Source: Dicyema japonicum
Taxonomy: Eukaryota > Animalia > Dicyemida
Reading direction: 5' to 3'
NCBI GenBank assembly: GCA_011109175.1
Contig: RDEW01000034.1
Coordinates: 314,331 to 378,330, forward strand
DNA length: 64,000 nt
Under the pieces are notes generated by a model. That model did no database searches. It was not told where the DNA came from and was given only the letters and a program-made list of their open reading frames with translations. The translations under genes and the position numbers were made by a program. Below are positions 38,855 through 52,100 of this stretch, one piece after another. How positions within the stretch are numbered: position 1 is the stretch's first letter; every line of letters begins with the position of its first letter.

Positions 38855-39190
38855 TCGCCTGTCTGTTTGCCAGCCTCCTCAGGCAGGTTCGATTCTGGTT
38901 GAAACAACTCCAAGAGCGCTTTGTACAATTGTACCCTCTATTCATATGGGATATCCGGGCAACGCCTTTAACACTCCTGTGCCAGGCTCTCTATGGTCCG
39001 CTTTAATACAGTGGACTGTATTTAGGCCTGGAGCTTCCTATCTACTTTTAACTGCTTCAGACCAGAGCCTTATCGTGTACCACTATGTACGGACAACATT
39101 ACGGACAACATTGTCTATCTTAATTTGAACCCTGGTGTTCTCTACTACTGATTGCACCTTATGTGTCAGCAACTTTGGTGTGGCGAATTT
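38855..39190 (+). repeat. Interspersed repeat family (also 61880-62140 and a fragment at 54593-54650)
   Basis: Shared gcctgtc...caggttcgat...ggctctct..gtccgcttta..acag.ggactgta. Confidence 0.7.
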
Positions 39191-39320
39191 GGAAATTACC
39201 TGAACCTCTTAGTGGGGCACTTAATTTTTTTTAATTTATATAAAGTCTTGCAATTAATATTTAATTTAATTATATAAAATTTTCTTAAACTTCGCGTGCT
39301 AGATTTGCGTTTTTGTTGTG

Positions 39321-40352
39321 ATGGTGAGGAAGCTTACTCTGGAGTTAAAGCTTAAAATTGCCCAAGAAATCAACAAAAATTGTCTCATGAGCGAACGAGA
39401 TATTGTCAAAAAGTATAAAATTAGTAAAGGTTATCTGGAAATTCTATTGTTTAGGAGCAGTATCTAGAATCAAACAAAATTATATGAACTTTATAAATAA
39501 TGGGTCCGTACAATCAAAAGATTGTTTTGGAATTAAAAGGAGTAAAGAAAAAATCACTATTCTTTTGTCGGTCAGTGCTTGTGGCGAAAAATTGAACCAT
39601 TATTAATAGAAAAATATAAATCTCCACTTTGTATGAAAAATTTTAACCCTGAAGAGCACGGAGTATTATATTCGTTTTCTAAAAATTGTTGGATGACATC
39701 TGATATATTTATTACTTGGTTCAACATTGTCAACGAAGAAATGATTCAACACAACCGAAAAATTGTCCTTTTGCTTGACAATGCAAGTAGTCACAAGACA
39801 AATAAATTTCTAACATTGAGCTATTTTTTCTGCCAAAATGCAACATCATTAATTCAACCCTTAGATATGGGAGTTATTAAATCGTTCAAATCCAATTATT
39901 TAAATAATTTGATGGATTTTACCCTATCTTTTGAGGATGATAAGTTTACAATGTTTAATTTAAAGCAAGTAAATCTCAGACAAATAATCATTATTGTTGA
40001 AAAGACATGGCAACAAATACACTCTGAATCAATTACTAATTGTTGGAAGAAAATTGATGAATGTCGTTTTCAAACTCTCTCATTGGTGAATAATTTTTTA
40101 GATAACATAATTAAAGGTATAATTACTGAAAATGTAGTTGAAAATGATGACGATAATATATACGACGGAGTAAAATGTACATATTCTCATTTGGAAACAA
40201 TAACAGCGATGAATACACTTGAAGAGAACATTTTCAATTTGTTCCCTGAAGCTTTGAAAGATTATTATAATTTCAGAAAAATATTAGGAATGCAAATGAA
40301 AAAATCCGCACCCGGAGGGAAATTAACAGACTATTTTCCTATCGTTAAATAA
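39321..40352 (+). mobile_element. pogo/Tigger (DDE_1) transposase, internally deleted and frameshifted
   Basis: N-terminal HTH MVRKLTLELKLKIAQE; SKEKITILL, WMTSDIF, VLLLDNASSH and IQPLDMGVIKSFK. Confidence 0.9.
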
Positions 40353-41869
40353 ATATGTTTTTAATATAATTCTGAAAAATCTAAAAAAAACATTATTTAT
40401 CTATAAATTTAATAAAAAGCAAATTTAAATTGTTAAACTGTGGATAAATCTAAAGAAAATGCCGAACCTCCATTTTTGGGGAAACCTCTGTTTTTGGGGC
40501 ATTTTTTTAAATAGTATACTAGCAATACTAATTGCAAGACTATATGAACAGAATCATACGATGGTTGTTTCTCAGTTCCATTTTAGACAAGCCATCTCTG
40601 CTCTTGTCTTCATTTGATGTTTGAATCCACCAGATATACCTGACAGGTCTCTAAAAACGTTTTTTTGGTAATCATTTCCTTATAGCCGCCGGTTTCCTTT
40701 ACTTGAATGGACATAAGTAAATAAATAAGAGAAACCACCCGTCAAATCATTGATTTTTTTACCTAAAAAATTAAAATCAATTTGATTTATTTTTCTGTTT
40801 AAAAATAATTCACCTTATGCTTTAGAACATTAGCAGTGTTCAAGAGCTTCTTGCAGGTGTCCTCAATAAGTAGACTAATTCTTGGTAGTTTATTACGTTT
40901 CTCAGAATTAGAACACTATAAATGCAGTTTTTGACAAAATCACTATTACCTTTATTCGTCAGCGCTTTACGATTTTTTGGTAAGGGAAATTATACACTCA
41001 CTCTTAATTGACCTTGACGTAGGGCATCTAATGGAGTTAAGAGTTATGATTTACTAAATATTTCCTATTCCCCCATTTCTTGATCTGCAACGAGCCTTGA
41101 CAATATTACTTGTTGGAATTTCTCTTAAAGCTCATGGAATCGTATGTCTAAATAAGCAGTGATATGTGTTTCCTGGAACCTCTTACCTCGCGATGAATTT
41201 ACCGGTTGCCGTCTCGAACACATTTGAGACGATGAGAAACGGCCCCCAAGCGCAAAATATTTATCCAGCTTTCTCTGTTTGGCAGAGTAAGTGGCCGGAG
41301 AATCCAAGTTTTATTGGGTACTTTATTTGTCAGGAAAAAAGGCAATCATCTTCCAAAATATATTCAGCCTGAATCCTTACAAGAATTAATCAAAAACAGA
41401 AGAATCAGAAAGAAGGGAACTACAATTCTCATTATTTCTTAAACATCAGTCAATTCAACAAATAATGGAATATTATATGCTCGTACTGATATATCGGTCG
41501 ATCGCATCAGAAAACGTAGAGTCAACTTTGCATCCACATATACAAAATACAAAGTAATCCAAAAAAACAAATAAAAAGACTAATAAATCGAAAAAATCCA
41601 AATTTACTCTTCCGTCAAAAAAGCCCGCTTAAATATTTTCTCAATGTTAAGGTCATCGTACGGTTCTAAATGTGTTAATATCAACAAATCTTTGCGTGTT
41701 AACGAAGGCCATAATTGTCCCCTCCCATTTAATATTTTTTATTTAAATAAAATGTCTACGAAATGTTCGGGACAACAACATCATTGATGCCAACCATAAA
41801 TTAGACATTTTGTGACAACTTGAGAGAAATCGGATTTTTAAATTCCGCAGTTGTATAGGGAATCAGATT

Positions 41870-42000
41870 TCTACACGCACGGGATATCTCCGTCAGCGCT
41901 GCTGGCTATTTGAGCGAATCTCGCTCGCCATCTTGAGAGGAAATAGGCACGCATTCAGGACAGCTATTGTGTGATCTTCGGTTTTAGGAAATCGTATTTA
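41870..42000 (+). mobile_element. CRE 3' end
   Basis: RCWLFERISLAILRGNRHA. Confidence 0.75.
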
Positions 42001-42019
42001 TTTATTTAAAAGCTTGTAA

Positions 42020-42780
42020 ACAACATCTATGTATCAATATTCGATCTGTGTTCCTCACAAATTCTCAAAATTATAGACCAATTATCAAGATAAGATTGAA
42101 GACAGTCTGATAAAGTGTTCCAGCGAACATCAATCGGAAAAATAAGTTTTTTTTCTCCAGCATATTTGTACCATGCCGCTGGAGGATGGACGCATCGAAA
42201 GTATTTATTTTTTCTTCCGATGGTTTCTTCGACATCCTTTGAGAAAAGGCTGAGATAATGTGCCGAATAACCATATGTAATAATTTCATCGTCATCTTGC
42301 ATCATTATCCGCTTCATTTTAGTCATGTTGGCGGCATTGTCCGTTACAAGACTCCCGATTTTACATCTAACCGTGGCTCGGCGAACTTTGCAGAGGCTAA
42401 AGCAACAGACTGAAGATACTCTGCGGTGTGGCTATATCCAGAAATGTTCACAGTGTCAATTAGATAGATTTCTCCATCCGATGTTACAACTGACACAAAT
42501 AACAGGTTCATTATGAATGTTCCAACATCATAGACACTGGCTTGTCTTGGAGCCTTTGCCGACAGTCTTCATGTATTTGGTCGTACACACGATCGAGCAA
42601 TGGAACACCAATTTGATGACGAGAAAGTAAACGATACACAGGAAGAAGCATTTGGACGAATTTGACGAATTCAGGATGTTCTGCAGCAGCAAAAGGAGTA
42701 TTACTCGAATATTTGTATCTAGCTGGTCCTTCATCCTTGGGAGGAATTCGCTGATCAAATCACTTTCAGGTTTCTACGGA
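42020..42780 (-). mobile_element. hAT transposase remnant
   Basis: SSNTPFAAAEHPEF, SLVTDNAANMTKM, YGYSAHYLSL and IDVRWNTL. Confidence 0.85.
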
Positions 42781-42829
42781 TTTTCATGAATTTCAATATT
42801 ACTTCGACATAACAAATGATGTTGCCTCA

Positions 42830-43460
42830 TCCAGATACGAGACCTTGTACTTCCTTTCTGTAATTCGGCATCTGGCTTCACTCCCGGTCTCTCCATGAAG
42901 GTTTGTTAACTAAACCTTATTGCTGAGAAGACGAGAACAAGTAAGATGGATGCAAAGTCACATCTTTTTGGGAATTGTGATTTTGAAGTTCACCTACCCC
43001 ATCGGCTTTATTAAGCCTATTTATATCCCCCAACATAAAAACGAGTACTTCAACCAGCTAACTTATAAGGTATGATGTTGTTATCCTGCTACTATGTAGA
43101 TAATATTGTCAAACAGTCACTTAACTAGACAAAAAAATGCTGCAAACTCGATTCTTATGGGTTTCTCAACTACGGCTTGTAGTTCCCTCAACCTAGTCTT
43201 TTACAAACTGCCATCCTTGGCTGCTGTCCTCGATGTGCAGTTATACAATAAAGGCTGGGGGAAGTTCAAAACTCTTGAGCTCTCAGAGTATCCCCGGACT
43301 CAAATCTTGACTGACATGCACTCCCTGCTTTTCTTTCTTCTTTTGCTTCACGTGTTGGCTTGTTGTTGGAGATTTTTCTCAACACTTCGAGATCTCCCTT
43401 CGAAAAGGCTTTCTCAGAAGCCCAAGCAGCATGGGAAGGGTCGGCTTGTTGTTCCCCAGT
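42830..43460 (+). pseudogene. Possible transcriptional cyclin (T/K/L-like) remnant
   Basis: DFEVHLPHRLY and SLNLVFYKLPSLAAV weakly recall the cyclin box; contains stops. Confidence 0.2.
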
Positions 43461-43699
43461 AGACGATTTTCCTTATAGCTCTTGAGACAAAATAGGTCTC
43501 GCCTCACACTATTTGAAGCTTATCAAAAACCTCAACCAACACCGCCTCGCTTGCTTTCATTCCACATGCATAGAAAATAATGGTTGTTTGTTAATGCCTC
43601 TCTGCCGTCGAGACTTCGCTCAATATAATTAAAAATTTTTAATTATATTTCAAAAATTTCATTAATTTTAAAATTAATTTATTTGTTATATCCCTGAAA

Positions 43700-44175
43700 C
43701 ATTGGGTTTGTCTAAACGGGCAGTGGAGTCTATTGACAGTTTCGACCGCAGTATGCTTCGGAAGGCACTTAATATTCACTACAAAATGAAGATCAAAAAC
43801 GAACAATTATATAAGTTGAGCAAAACAGAACCATTATCCATGGAAATCAGAAGATCGAGATGGAGACTGTTCGGTCACATTCTGAGGATGGACCTGGATG
43901 TCCTGGCAAATCACGTAATAGATGAATATTTTTCATGGAAAAAACAAAATCATTCCGTGGAAGGCCTAGAACAACCTTACCTATCACGTTAAATGAGAAC
44001 CTAAAAGCCATAGGCAGGGAGTTGAAAACAATGGATGACCTCGATGAACTAAGAGAAATTGCGAAACGGAGAGGCCTTTGGATGCGATTGGTGCAAAGGG
44101 TGGCCGGCGCGGCACAAGGGAACCTTAATTGACTTTTGTTTTTTTGTGTTCTCGGCAGTGCTGATAATAATAATA
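43700..44175 (+). mobile_element. 5'-truncated RTE retrotransposon with (TAA)n tail and 12-bp TSD
   Basis: IDSFDRSMLRK...RWRLFGHILRM...GRPRTTL; TSD atatccctgaaa at 43688-43699 and 44176-44187. Confidence 0.9.
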
Positions 44176-45049
44176 ATATCCCTGAAATATGTAAGAAGTC
44201 CCTAATCAATCCTAGGTGGTAATGTTGCAGTTTAATGGGCTATATTTTTTCGAGAAAATAAGAAATAATAAAATAAATAATTATATTATTAATTATATCA
44301 GCATATTTAGAGTAACTTTCTTTTATTTAATTGAATAAATTTGAATCACATGGTGCGAGCTGGTAGCAAGAGCATAATTCAACAAGAAGAAATAATGAGT
44401 CGTGCTGCCATTCAAGCCGAACGACTCTCCCTGTTGAGGCTTCTGATAGGTACACAGAGTCTGGTGGAATGCATAAAGTGGCTATGACGGTGTTTTTTGG
44501 TTAAATGAATTTAAATATTAGTAATATCCATAAAATATGTCTTCAGACTCTTAGAGTAAAGTCGACGAGCATTAGACTTAAAAGTCGAAAATACTGAAAA
44601 TACGACCTCATCAAAATTTAACAGCAAAAAAAATTTGGTAACAATTCGTGAAACAGTAGTTCATGGAAGATTCAGCATTCGTTTAACAAATGCCTTCCAA
44701 TGCTTCTCGTGGAGGCCTTACTTTAATGAAAAAACTCAAATTGTAAATTATAATGTTGCTATTTTGTACTAGCAATTAGCTGATGGATTCTCGCACTTGT
44801 TTCAAAAAGCGATATTTAGAAAAACAATAAAAAATCTATTACTGAAGAAAGACGCTATTTTGAAAGATTCTAAAAAATATTAGCCGTCTTTTAAAGCTGC
44901 TCCAAAGCTTTCATAGCTTGAACAGAAGTTGGTAGAATTGATGTAGGTAGAAGAATCAAAAGGTATTTATTGAAAAATCAATTTCCTTGGTGGTTTTTGA
45001 ATGATGCCTTAATATCTCAAGGCAGCATTTTTTTGTAAATGAGTTAAAA

Positions 45050-45420
45050 CTTTATAATTTCTATAATTTTAATGGGTTTTGGATAAAATCAAAAGACAAG
45101 AAGTCAGAATGCTCAAGTTACATGGAGAAATGCAAAAAAGATAAATTAGTCGACATTGAAGCCTTTCCTGAAGACTTTAAAGAAATTCCAAAAACAAATA
45201 AACCCGACCAAATCGATGATCTGGAATCCAGATTTGAGACGAATTGGATTATACAATAAGCTCATCGAAAAGTTTCTGCAGGAACCGATCCCAAGGTTAC
45301 AAAAAATTTAAAGAGCGTGTCTTTATTATGCTTTGTTCAAACAAGGCCGGAAAGCATAAGTTGAGACCAGTGATAATCGCAAGACCAAAAATGCATCAAT
45401 GTATTCGAAATACGAAGCAA
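45050..45420 (+). mobile_element. Second pogo/Tigger transposase remnant
   Basis: KLHGE and GYKKFKERVFIMLCSNKAGKHKLRPVII. Confidence 0.75.
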
Positions 45421-48246
45421 GCATTTTTGAAGCAAAGTAAAAAACAGTTAGGAATTAATTTTTTTAATAAAACTTAAATATGTTTTTTGTTCATTTAAGG
45501 GATTTTATTATAAATTCTATGTTCATTGTTTTTCAAAATTATTGATTTTATTTATTTCAAATTGGCTATTTTTCATAAAATTCTAAAAAGCAAAAATGGC
45601 CAATTTGTAAGTCGAGTTTACTTGTATGGTCACAACCACTTCTGTTCGATTATCAACTCACTCAACACATCAGAAATGCACCTTCTGTGCAGTGTTTCCA
45701 TTCAAATTTATCACTTCCCATATTGAATGAATGAAAAATTCCATAGACCAATGTAACACCAAACTAACTACTCACGTGATCCCGGCACGATCAAACAGAA
45801 ACCTTCACTTGGCACGATTTTCTTATCTTGAGCCCATACAACCATGTCTCAACTGTACAACTGATCCTCATAAATCGTACTTACGGTAAGTGCAATGGCC
45901 GAAGAGCCTTCTGTATTTTTCCATTTACCCTTTTCAGTTTTTTTTCTGGTGGAAGAACTCTAGCACGCTCTTGATTATTTAGTAGGAAAGTTAAGTATAA
46001 ATATCGAATATGCATGTGCTTCCTCGAAGTTCGGACTCTGTGTCGATGTTTGAGAAAAGTACACGAGCAGACAACTCATTTAACGTCGTCGAACGGATCA
46101 TGCCCTATGCAGTGTCATGTGGGAGTCGACAATACGAAGGGACAATTGTAGATTTTGCTCGTTTTTTCAAGCACCAGGTAATTCCCTATGTTCGTCCGAG
46201 TTTTCCTTTCTCAGAGATCTGTTCCCATTGACATCCTGTTTAGGCACAAGCACATACACCTCAAAATACATTGGGGTCCCTCGATGAGCAGAAGGATGAA
46301 AATGGAAAGGGGGATTAGGGGAACCAGAATTACCTAAGCAGTTCAGATGCTATTAGTTTCTTTCTTATTGCTTCTACCGTACTAATACCTGACTTTATCG
46401 TTGAGTGAGATAACTAGGAATGCTCTTTACTTCTCTTTATCTTTTTGTTTCGTGCGAGTCTTCTATAGACGATTTGGTTCCGCTATGAAATATTCGCTGA
46501 TTACCAAACTGATCTTCTTGTATATAGAATTGATATGTGCTCTCATGTTGGTGGTCAAATCCTCTGCTTTAATGATGTGAGTATATATTTTCAATTTTTA
46601 GAAATTTTGGAGTTGAGTAGTTTGTATAAGATTATCAGAACAGCCTCCTTTACTACCAATATCTATGATGAGCTAATGTCTCCCCTAACACTGTGTTCCA
46701 ATATCTGAGTGTTGGCACTCAAAGTATTCAACATCCGATGAATATGATGACATCCTTTATAAGTTGTAGGACACGTTAGAACTTGCTATTGATGTGACCA
46801 ATTCGATTTTCTCAAACAGATATCAAATTTTTTTATCAGGTCCAACTACTCTACTATTTGGACGAATTTAGTGAATTGAATTACTCCCAGTTGTCACAAG
46901 TTATTAATAGAATGGCACAAAATGAGATTGAGGACTTACCGGACTGCATACCCGCGTGTGACATTATTTATTTGGCTCAGGTATTCTATATATTCAAATT
47001 ACGTGGGTTTCTGCTAGAATTCCTTGTTCTATGGAGAATCAGAAATACTTGTCTCTGCCAGAGGACTTTAAATTTAGTAACCATTTTACTAATTCAGTTC
47101 GAGGCTTAGACAGAGGCCCATTACAAGTCACCAAGGACGCGAACATTGTACCAAGTCTATGGAGACATCCAGTTCATAATATGTGACGATGAATATGATA
47201 TTCTAGTGAACCTGCAGACCATATGTTCAATAATCTACACTCCCTTATGCGAACCTTCTTCTACCAGAGTTGGACTGGTAGATGGCTTGGTGACCCTAGC
47301 ATATTTGCCTTGACTGATGTATCTCAGAAGAATAAGTACTGCCGACCCATCATATGTAGTCCTACTGTTTCTCCAAGGTTTGTAATACGTGGTGGAAGGT
47401 TGTCTTACACTCACTAGACATCCCCTATTCGAACTAACAAATTTTATATTGACAACCATTTCTGTACATATGGCCTCCATTGGATGCTTTTGCCGGCTGA
47501 GTACATAGAGTTCCAACCTTTTGACTCAATCCACGTGCCATGTTTTCATTCCAGATCTATCAAAGCCTTACTGCCTGTTTATGACATCGCTAATCTAGTC
47601 CTCTGATATAAGCATTATAGTTGTCACGGATACTTAATCACTGTGGGAGATTCAACTCTGTAGTGATTGAGAGTGAAACTGATTACGCGAGTACTGTAAC
47701 GCATTTGGTAGGAGCTATCCGTTACGACCTCCTTCTGATTCATACTATTAATGACCTACCATCACTGCAGGTCGATATTCCTACATTTTAAAGCCTCCTC
47801 TGCTGTTGCATTCAAGGTAATATGGATAATCATTACTAACAAGTCATGTCTAGTAAAGGATGAGGAACTTGTGCATCTCCACCAAGTTATTGACGGATTT
47901 TGTACTGACTCAAGGGCATTTGATGTGATCATCCTAATGAACTTCCAGATGTTATAATGCCTTCAGAGGAGGTAGGAGTGGAAGTGACCAAATTTATCAC
48001 ATGGTTAAAGAAATAATTTGTTACTGCCATTTAATGAGAGTGAAGCTTGATTTGACTGTAACAAATCAATGTAGTGATATTATAGTTATTATTAGGGCAA
48101 TTTAAGTGCTATAATGGCAGAATTTTTTTTATTTTATTTTATTATTAAAATAAGATAAAAGTAAATTTTGTCATGTTTTATTCATTAAAAATCTAATTTT
48201 TTAAATTTAAATTTTGTTTGAGTGCGTCATGTGATTCACCATCTCA

Positions 48247-48319
48247 AATTTTCGATGTGGTTCACCTTCACTTGGAGAAAATTGGATGCCCGTATTAAAC
48301 TGGCAACTAAAAGAACCAC
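48247..48319 (+). ncRNA. HDV-like ribozyme
   Basis: P1 AATTTTC/GAAAATT, J1/2 GAT, P2 GTGGTTC/GAACCAC, P3 ACC/GGA (2 of 3 pairs), L3 TTCACTT, P1.1 GG at 48284-48285, P4 TGCC/GGCA, J4/2 ACTAAAA with C48307. Confidence 0.75.
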
Positions 48320-49120
48320 TTCTATCCCCTGTCAACCTTTTCAACGACTTCTGGAAGTCGGACTGGATGATGGCGGCTAGTGAGCGGGCGCGTAGCTTTC
48401 GCTCCCAAAGATCGGATTGGCTACTCCTAATCTTAGCTGGGGACATCGAACAGAACCCCGGGCCCCACAAAAACGTGAAATTCCTTGACATCATGAAATT
48501 TAACATAAACAGCCTCACACACAAATCAAATGAACTTTTTGCATTTCTAACTTCTCACAAAATTGATATTGCCATGCTACAGGAAACGAAACTATCAAGA
48601 AAGTCAGCGCTTGCACACTACAAGACTACTCAATTGTCCGCCGTGATCGACCGAATTCAAATAGAGGAGGCGGTGTTTTCATACTTATACACAAATCTAT
48701 TCCATTCTCCGATACTTTCGCTCAGACACAATCTCTGTTTGAAGATGACGATCACATGCTGACAACAAATGTTCTCCATCACTATCTTCGGCGATATCTT
48801 GGAGAATTGTATATGACCTACACTGGACCATAATCCAATTCTACTGTCAATCGAACTACTCTCGCCTATTGTTAGACATCGGAAAACTAACGAATTACAA
48901 ATGTGCAAAATGGGATTCATTCAGAGAAGAAACAGAAAAATTTCTATCTGACTTTTCCGTTGAGAATTTCAAATCGTTTGACGCCACAGTGAAATTTTTT
49001 AATAAAATCATCCTCAGTGCCGACGAGAAAAACATTTCAAGAGGACTAATTGCAGACTATAATCCCAATTTCACTAAAAAAATTATCTAAAAGATTCATA
49101 CAAGACGTCGACCTATAGAG
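48247..49120 (+). mobile_element. 5' part of an Ingi-like non-LTR retrotransposon (ribozyme + 2A leader + APE endonuclease), decayed
   Basis: MAASERARSFRSQ...LLLILAGDIEQNPGP at 48370-48465, then IMKFNINSL...IDIAMLQETKL; later frameshifts. Confidence 0.85.
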
Positions 49121-52100
49121 TACCCATGATGCTTTCGTTATATAAGAAATTGTACTAATTGAGGTTCACTCTCTTAAATGAGAATAGAATAACCTCAGCT
49201 ACCTAAGTCTTCCCAGATCCACAAGGTGGAGGTCGAGCCGGGATCTTGAACCGCTTTCAGTAAAGAGTTTTAATATTCTGATATCAGTTTTTTTCAAGGT
49301 ATTTTATATCGTAGACACATTGAAAGATATTGAATTAATGTTATTAAGTTGTTCCAAAAAATAGAGACCCGTTTTCTTTTATGCGGGAACCTTTATTCCA
49401 GAATCATTTTTCAAACAGCCAACTAACCATCAAACCAGCTGCCCAACTTAGCTTCTTCTGGAAGATTCCACTCTCCAATGCCTCTACAATCCTTAATTAG
49501 TTATAACCGAGGAATGTGCTGTTGCGACTACGAGGATTCAGTTATACGGCCTATTGTGCTTATGTGGGGTCAAAGAAGGAGCATCTGAAGAAGTTGAGGT
49601 CTCTGTTAGAGCGTACTGGGATTACGTGAATGGCTAGTTTGGTGTTACCTCGGTCTTGGTATTTTTTCTATTAAATCTCTCAAACTTTCATATTAAAAAA
49701 CATCAGATGAATCAATTCGAATCTTGCCTGTCTAAATTGAAGGGAAATTGACAGAAAATCCTTGTAGAAGAAAGCTTCTTCTTGACTAGCCTCAATTTCT
49801 TCGTGACTAGCTCCAAAAAGTGTTTTTCTATACTGGATTTAAAGGATTTGAGTGAACGGAACAACCTGGGTTAATTATTCAAGAAAACTTCTCAAAGATC
49901 AATTCTCTGAGGACATGTCCGCTGAAATACATTCCGAACTACACTTTAGTTAGGATTTGGAAGATCCAAATTCGTGTAAGACGGACCTTCAATGGGTGCT
50001 GGAGCTCGTGGCGTAGATGTTGTACGAATTTCATTTTCAAATTGAATTTGGTGTTATTCAAGCTGTCGCTGTGTAACTGTAAGTTTGTGGAAAAGGATCC
50101 AGTTCAGTTTGGTGTTGTTTTGGAGTATTTGATACAGGTTACCAATTAGTGTTCTAGAAAGGGGTATGGTTGGTTTTTATTAATTTTGTGCTTCGTTTTA
50201 CTGTTTTATTTATGGTTGTGGAAGATAAAAGTCCTGGTCTTAAAGGAGTGTTTTGATCAGTTACAGAGTCTTTCAAAAATAGTTGCATAAACAATTCTTA
50301 TCAAAATATTTTATTATATGGCCCATTTTGGTTTATATTACTGTATTCCAGTAAAATGAGATGTTCCTTATAGAGTCAATACTCCTATCATCGTTCTCAG
50401 TTGTTTGAACATATTCTTCTTTATTATGAGAGTAATCGTGTGTGAGTAAAACTAGTAGTTTTATTCCTTATATGATTAATTAGGATAATGCTTACGTTGT
50501 TGCATAAATCTGTGAAAAACCGTCCGTTTTTATACCTATAAAAGTCGATTCCTTCTCTCATTGTTATTTGAAATTAAATTATTCTTTCAGAGACAAGAGT
50601 ATAGCTGTGCGATTCAGTTGTCCAACCAGTATATTAATTCAATTATAATAAAATTGAATTAATTAACACCAATTTAAATCATGAAAAAACCGATTAAGTT
50701 AGTAAATATTAGTATTTTTAACTCCGCAAGTTCCAAGTACATTGTACTTGTTCTTAATGGCACTGCAGTCTGAAATAACAATATTAATTACGTGATTCAC
50801 ATGTCGGCCTTTGTATCTCTAAAAATATTACTTTTGATCTTATACAATTTATTATTTCTGAGGAGAAATTCATCAGTGATTCAAATCTATACTAAATATA
50901 ATAACATACGCTTCTGGAATATCGAATGAATCAATGCAAACGATAACTATATTATTATTATTAAAAATACTTTTAAATAAACAATGTTGGAAATAACTTT
51001 AAAAATTTGAATAACATTTATTTCAGAAGGAAAGACACTATTAATTACAAAAAAATGTACAGATCGCGAAGTAATGATAAATTTTCGGCAAATTCGATCG
51101 ATATGAATCTGAGGGAATTACATTCAAAAACTTCTATAAATTTAAAAAATATATAACATGACGTAATGGTAGGTGGAATGTTTTGTTGTCACAGATTTTA
51201 AACATTGATCACTACTACATTACTATGAATAATTAATACTTAATACAATTGACGTAACTTCATTCCCATTACAGAAAAGTGGACAGATTCAGATTTAATA
51301 TTTTGAATTACTAATGTACTAATTTCAAAATCAGGTAGGCCAGTTATCGAATATGTACAATTAATCCAATATCTTAATAATTTATATTTGATACAGGTTC
51401 TTGTACTACTGTTAATTCGTTTGTGCAAATATGCTGTGATGTCAAAATATCGAATGACAAGTTTAACACGAGAAAAGTGAACATCTATAAGATTAAATAC
51501 AAAAATAATGAATATACGATTACCACAAGAAATAAAAATTAATACATGAAATACAGTCGTAATAATTATTAATATTTTTATTAAATAAAGTGTTGGATTA
51601 TATAAATAAAATTAAAAAATATTTTAATTAAATTTACACAATTAACATGGTTTTCCAATTTGTTTAATAACTTTACCATAAAATTTAATAAATTTGTCAA
51701 AAATGTCTAATAACTTTATCACAATGTCTAATAAGTTCATCAAAATGTTTAAAAATTGTGTCAAAAAGATTAATACCTCTTGAGTGATGTTTAATTACAT
51801 CTCAAATTGCGCGAAAATCAATTTTTAAGTAATTCTGAAGAGGGCTACGCACATTGATACTTCAGAAGGAACTCACAATAACCAATCTCTTGTTATTTAT
51901 CTGGTAGCTGCTCTTTGTATCTGAGAGCTAAAAATTGTCCTACTTCTATCTAGGAATTAATATATGCGGATGACCTGGATTTTAGTTTTGAGGCATCATG
52001 ATATCTAATTCTTTTTCAGACAAGAGTACTGCAGGGCAAATGAAGTTATTTTTTACGACAAGAGTCTCATGGTAATTTAATTGGTATAATTTTGGAGGAT

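Noticed and set aside
38855-38930. HDV-like ribozyme in the second repeat family (gcctgtc...gcctcctcaggcaggt)
   Set aside because: P1-like pairing exists, but P3' and P1' overlap and no P2 partner is found in either copy.
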